From contig JAZSOQ010000065.1 of NCBI GenBank assembly GCA_045537015.1, forward strand, positions 1 through 61,246: 61,246 nucleotides of DNA, in the 5' to 3' direction. Below, in pieces: positions 58,016-61,246 of the stretch (within the stretch, counting starts at the first letter, position 1; every line of letters begins with the position of its first letter). Below the pieces are notes generated by a model. That model saw only the letters and a list, made by a program, of their open reading frames with translations. It was not told where the DNA came from and searched no databases. The stretch comes from Eubacteriales bacterium (GTDB lineage: Bacteria > Bacillota > Clostridia > Oscillospirales > CAG-272). Position numbers and translations under genes: made by a program.

Positions 58016-59110
58016 TCAAATCTTGCGCTTTCTGTCAAGAAGTTTGATCAAAGCGAGCGCAAAAATAATATTCACCGCCACGGTGAAGGTCTGCGGATAA
58101 GAAATAACGGATGAGAAGGCGTCTTCGGCGACGTTGATTTTTTCTGTGAACGACGGAATTAAGTATGTAATAATTGCTGTAACAGAGGAGCAAATAATTG
58201 TGCAAAAGACTTTGGATCTGATATACGGAACAAGCAAAAGCGCCTCGGCATCGGTGCGCGTGAGCGAATAGATCTGTAAAAATACCGAAAGTCCCGACCA
58301 TCCGCACGCCGCGGCGGCAAGGATGAGGGCGAGCCGAGGCTCATTGATCGACGTGCAAGCCGCGCAACCCGAGGTAAGCTCGAAAAACGAAAACAACAAC
58401 GCCCGCAGAGGAGAACTTGCTCCCGCTCCGAATAGTGACGATATACAACCGACAATGCAGGTGAAAAAGGTCACAAAAGCGCACACGGAGATCACGGAAG
58501 CCGCGGCGGAAACTACCGATGAGGAAAACAGAGATAGTGTGTTTTCGTTGTTCAAAGTGGCTTCGGATGATTTAATATTATCAGATTGCCTGCCTTTGCG
58601 GCGGAAAAGTATTCCGTAAAGCAATCCGGAAAAAAGTACGGTGCAGTAAAGCAGTATCCCGATGTCCTTGTTTCCGAACATCCCTCCTCCGACGGCAAAA
58701 ATCACAAACGGCGCTGACGGGAAGTTGCAAAACGAAAGCAGATGCTCGCAATCCTTCTTGCTTATATCCCCGCGCGAGTAAAGCGATGTCGCCGCTTTTG
58801 CTCCAACGGGAAAGCCGCAGACGATCCCGAGCAAAAGTGCCGAGGCACATTCTCCCGAAACTCCGAAAAGTGCCTCCATCGGTCGCCTCATAAGGCGCGA
58901 TATGGGTTCACAAGCCCCGGAGCGAACGAGCAGCTCGGAGATTACCATAAAAGGGAAGAGCGAGGGAACGAGCGTATCAAAGCAGATCCTCATCCCGCGC
59001 CTCATCTGTTCGCTTGCGATCTCCGAGTCGAGAAAAAGCAGAATGAACAGAAAAATGCACAGGACAGAAATTGCTGTCCCGCTTCCCGAATGTTTGCGTA
59101 CCGATAACAT
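58016..59110 (-). CDS. ylbJ: sporulation integral membrane protein YlbJ (nucleoside-recognition/Gate domain)
   Basis: ICFDTLVPSLFPFMVISELL and GFPVGAK match the family. ATG 59110 (MLSVRK) is preferred, because ORF-track start 59233 would overlap the divergent yqfC. Confidence 0.7.
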   Translation of the reverse strand: MLSVRKHSGSGTAISVLCIFLFILLFLDSEIASEQMRRGMRICFDTLVPSLFPFMVISELLVRSGACEPISRLMRRPMEALFGVSGECASALLLGIVCGFPVGAKAATSLYSRGDISKKDCEHLLSFCNFPSAPFVIFAVGGGMFGNKDIGILLYCTVLFSGLLYGILFRRKGRQSDNIKSSEATLNNENTLSLFSSSVVSAAASVISVCAFVTFFTCIVGCISSLFGAGASSPLRALLFSFFELTSGCAACTSINEPRLALILAAAACGWSGLSVFLQIYSLTRTDAEALLLVPYIRSKVFCTIICSSVTAIITYLIPSFTEKINVAEDAFSSVISYPQTFTVAVNIIFALALIKLLDRKRKI

Positions 59111-59175
59111 GTAATCGACCACCCCTTGCCCGCATATTATTTTATAAAAAAGTGTATTCAAATGAATCGGAGGAA

Positions 59176-59505
59176 ATGATGAAGAAAAGAAAAATACGCA
59201 ACGAAAGGCCGACTCTGCCCGAGCTTTTGTCAAAGCTTGCGGATATCCCCGCGGATCTTACCTCGGGAATGAGCCTTGAGATGCGCGGCAGAAACGAATT
59301 GCTTCTTTGCGGCTGCCGCGAGATACTTTGCTACTGTCCCGAAAGGATCTCGCTTCAGCAAAGCGGATATTGTGTTTTGATCGAGGGCAGAAGGCTTGCG
59401 ATGTCGTCATATTCCGACGGCAGGATAAGCATTCGCGGCGAGATCGATCGGATAGATTATTGCGGAGGTGAGAAAAATGAAAAAGAAAAACAGAGGCACG
59501 GCTGA
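59176..59505 (+). CDS. yqfC: sporulation protein YqfC
   Basis: MMKKRK...GMSLEMRGRNELLLCGCREILCY...ISIRGEIDRIDY. A GGAGG RBS precedes it. The start is ATG 59176 or ATG 59179. Confidence 0.75.
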   Translation: MMKKRKIRNERPTLPELLSKLADIPADLTSGMSLEMRGRNELLLCGCREILCYCPERISLQQSGYCVLIEGRRLAMSSYSDGRISIRGEIDRIDYCGGEKNEKEKQRHG

Positions 59506-60688
59506 TAGCTTCCTTTTCGGCAAAGCAAGGCTGGAATGCGCCGAGGAGAATCTTATCCCCATGCTCAACGTTTTGCTTTCGATGGGAGAGAGCTATTCGA
59601 ATATCGTGTCTGCGGAAGGCGTTGCTTCGGTTGACATAGCATATATTTCCGCACGACGCGCAGTAGCTCTTTGCCGTGCTTCGGGAATCGAAGCAAAAGC
59701 CGTTCTGCTTTCGGGACTGCCTTATTATTTGGGGCGCCTGCTGTTACGTCCGGGAATGATAGTGGGTATGGCTGTTGGATTGCTGATACTCGGCCTCGGC
59801 AACAGCGTTCTTTGGGACGTCAGAGTTGCAGCGAATGAGGCTATTGAAACGGCAGAAGTAAAAGCTCTCCTTGCCGAATACGGAGTCAAACCCGGCGCGT
59901 GGATGTCGCATCTTGACGTCGGTGATATTCAAACGAGAATAGAACACGATTCGGAGGAGATCGCGTGGATGTCGATAAACGTGATCGGCACGGTCGCTTA
60001 TGTCGAGGTGATTCCGGAAGTAAATGAGCCTCCCGAAGAGGGCGGTGAAGGTGACGGAGCAAATCTCGTTGCCGAACGCGACGGGGTGATCGTTGGGTAT
60101 GAACTGATCGCGGGTGAGCCGACGGTGGAGATCGGACGGACGGTCAGAAAAGGCGAGCTGATCGCAAGCGGACTTTACGACAGCGAACGATTCGGATTTC
60201 GCGCGACACACGCCAAAGGCAGCGTTTTTGCACGGACCGAGTATCTGTTTGAGGCGGAAATTCCTTATGATTACACGGTCAGGGAGGCTCAAAGCAGTGA
60301 AATCAGCGAAATTTCTATAATTTTTTTCTCTTTTAGACAAAAATTTTTCAAAAAGGGTGGATTTTCGGGTACTAAATATGATAAAATATACTCGGATATT
60401 TATATATACTCTTCGGGGGACGCAACGATACCCATTGGGCTCGCGGTTACGAGAGTTCCGATATTTGCGGAAAGGGATGCAAAGCGCACGCCTGCTGAGG
60501 CGGTGGATATAGCGTATTTTGAGATCAACCGCAAAATTCTCGCCTCGATTCCCGAGGCTGAGATACTTTCAAAATCATTCAGCGGCGGCGAGAATTCCGA
60601 CGGCACGGCTTACAGGCTTGAATGCCGCGTCGAGTGCATCGACGACATTGCCGAGACGGTCCCCTTTTACATCAACAGATCCGAGTGA
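59468..60688 (+). CDS. yqfD: sporulation protein YqfD
   Basis: 406 aa with a central TM and the expected family layout. It lies directly after yqfC and before phoH, as in Bacillus and Clostridium. Confidence 0.72.
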   Translation: MRKMKKKNRGTADSFLFGKARLECAEENLIPMLNVLLSMGESYSNIVSAEGVASVDIAYISARRAVALCRASGIEAKAVLLSGLPYYLGRLLLRPGMIVGMAVGLLILGLGNSVLWDVRVAANEAIETAEVKALLAEYGVKPGAWMSHLDVGDIQTRIEHDSEEIAWMSINVIGTVAYVEVIPEVNEPPEEGGEGDGANLVAERDGVIVGYELIAGEPTVEIGRTVRKGELIASGLYDSERFGFRATHAKGSVFARTEYLFEAEIPYDYTVREAQSSEISEISIIFFSFRQKFFKKGGFSGTKYDKIYSDIYIYSSGDATIPIGLAVTRVPIFAERDAKRTPAEAVDIAYFEINRKILASIPEAEILSKSFSGGENSDGTAYRLECRVECIDDIAETVPFYINRSE

Positions 60689-60698
60689 GGAGAACAAT

Positions 60699-61246
60699 AT
60701 GGAACAAAAAATAGTTAAAATAGGCTCTGCTGAGCTTGCCGCAAAGCTTTACGGCGCTTTTGATGCCAATATGAAGCTTGTCGAGGCTGCTTTTGCCGTG
60801 ACGGTCCATACGCGCCCCGATATTTCGGGTGCAGGTGAGGTCTTTACCGTCAGCGGTAGCACAACGGAAGGCGTTGACGCCGCCGCACGCGCTATCGAAA
60901 CTCTGGCGCGAATGGGCGAGAGAAGCGAGACCCTCGCCGAACAGACGGTGCTCTACGTCATCAACATGGTACGCGACGGCAGAGAGGGCGAGCTTGAGGC
61001 ATTTGACGAAAACTGCATCTGCGTGACGGCAAAGGGCAAACCGATCAAGCCGAAGACCGTGGGTCAGCAGAAATATATCGAGTCGATCCGCAACAACACG
61101 ATCGTCCTCGGCACGGGCCCTGCGGGTACGGGTAAGACTTTTTTGGCTGTCGCTATGGCGGTCAAGGCTCTGAGGGAAAAAAGAGTTTCGAGAATTATCC
61201 TGACTCGCCCCGCAATCGAGGCGGGAGAAAAGCTCGGATTTCTTCC
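60699..61246 (+). CDS. phoH: PhoH-family ATPase (3' end outside window)
   Basis: Hand translation is open from ATG 60699 to the window edge: ...GQQKYIESIRNNTIVLGTGPAGTGKTFLAVAMAV...LTRPAIEAGEKLGFL (Walker A plus the PhoH signature). Confidence 0.88.
   Translation, partial: MEQKIVKIGSAELAAKLYGAFDANMKLVEAAFAVTVHTRPDISGAGEVFTVSGSTTEGVDAAARAIETLARMGERSETLAEQTVLYVINMVRDGREGELEAFDENCICVTAKGKPIKPKTVGQQKYIESIRNNTIVLGTGPAGTGKTFLAVAMAVKALREKRVSRIILTRPAIEAGEKLGFL

Noticed and set aside
1-61246. Search for mobile elements, prophage, defence islands, tRNA/rRNA genes
   Set aside because: No transposase, integrase or recombinase-like ORF, terminal inverted repeat, tRNA-like T-arm motif (GGTTCGAATCC-type) or rRNA-like stretch was seen. 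GC content and codon style look uniform, so there is no evidence of horizontally acquired DNA.

Overview
A 61.2 kb core-genome segment from a spore-forming Firmicute, probably Clostridia (Oscillospirales/Ruminococcaceae-like; inferred from gene content, about 50% GC and codon style). No rRNA, tRNA, CRISPR array, transposase, integrase or phage gene was found. The window reads, in order: (1) a translationally coupled histidine operon, hisG(partial)-D-C-B-H-A-F-IE plus a PHP-type histidinol phosphatase (1-6943). (2) A small lipoprotein and an orphan CofE/F420-ligase-like gene. (3) A dcw cell-division/wall cluster, mraZ-rsmH-ftsL-like-PBP-murE-murF-mraY-ftsW-murG-ftsQ-ftsZ (9284-22883), with no murD, murC/B or ftsA. 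(4) A nucleoside hydrolase. (5) A 1208-aa LTD-Ig-PHP-LTD protein with a C-terminal hydrophobic anchor, whose stop overlaps the manA start. (6) An isolated rplJ-rplL unit on the minus strand with an L10-type leader. (7) A polytopic membrane protein and a small HTH regulator. (8) The complete S10-spc-alpha ribosomal protein cluster, rpsJ to rplQ, including secY, adk, map, infA and rpoA (31942-47710), preceded by an unusually long (about 357 nt) GC-rich leader. (9) On the minus strand, a DUF3343 + class-V aminotransferase pair and a tightly coupled six-gene operon: two BspA-type LRR lipoproteins, three SPFH/band-7 (HflK/C-like) proteins and a P1B-type ATPase without a metal-binding domain (49265-56959). 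(10) A membrane protein with a Cys-rich tail. (11) The sporulation genes ylbJ / yqfC-yqfD-phoH(partial). The best candidates for something undescribed are the LRR-SPFHx3-ATPase operon, the LTD-PHP giant protein and the structured rpsJ leader. All functional calls come from reading the translated ORFs and motifs by eye; no database search was run.
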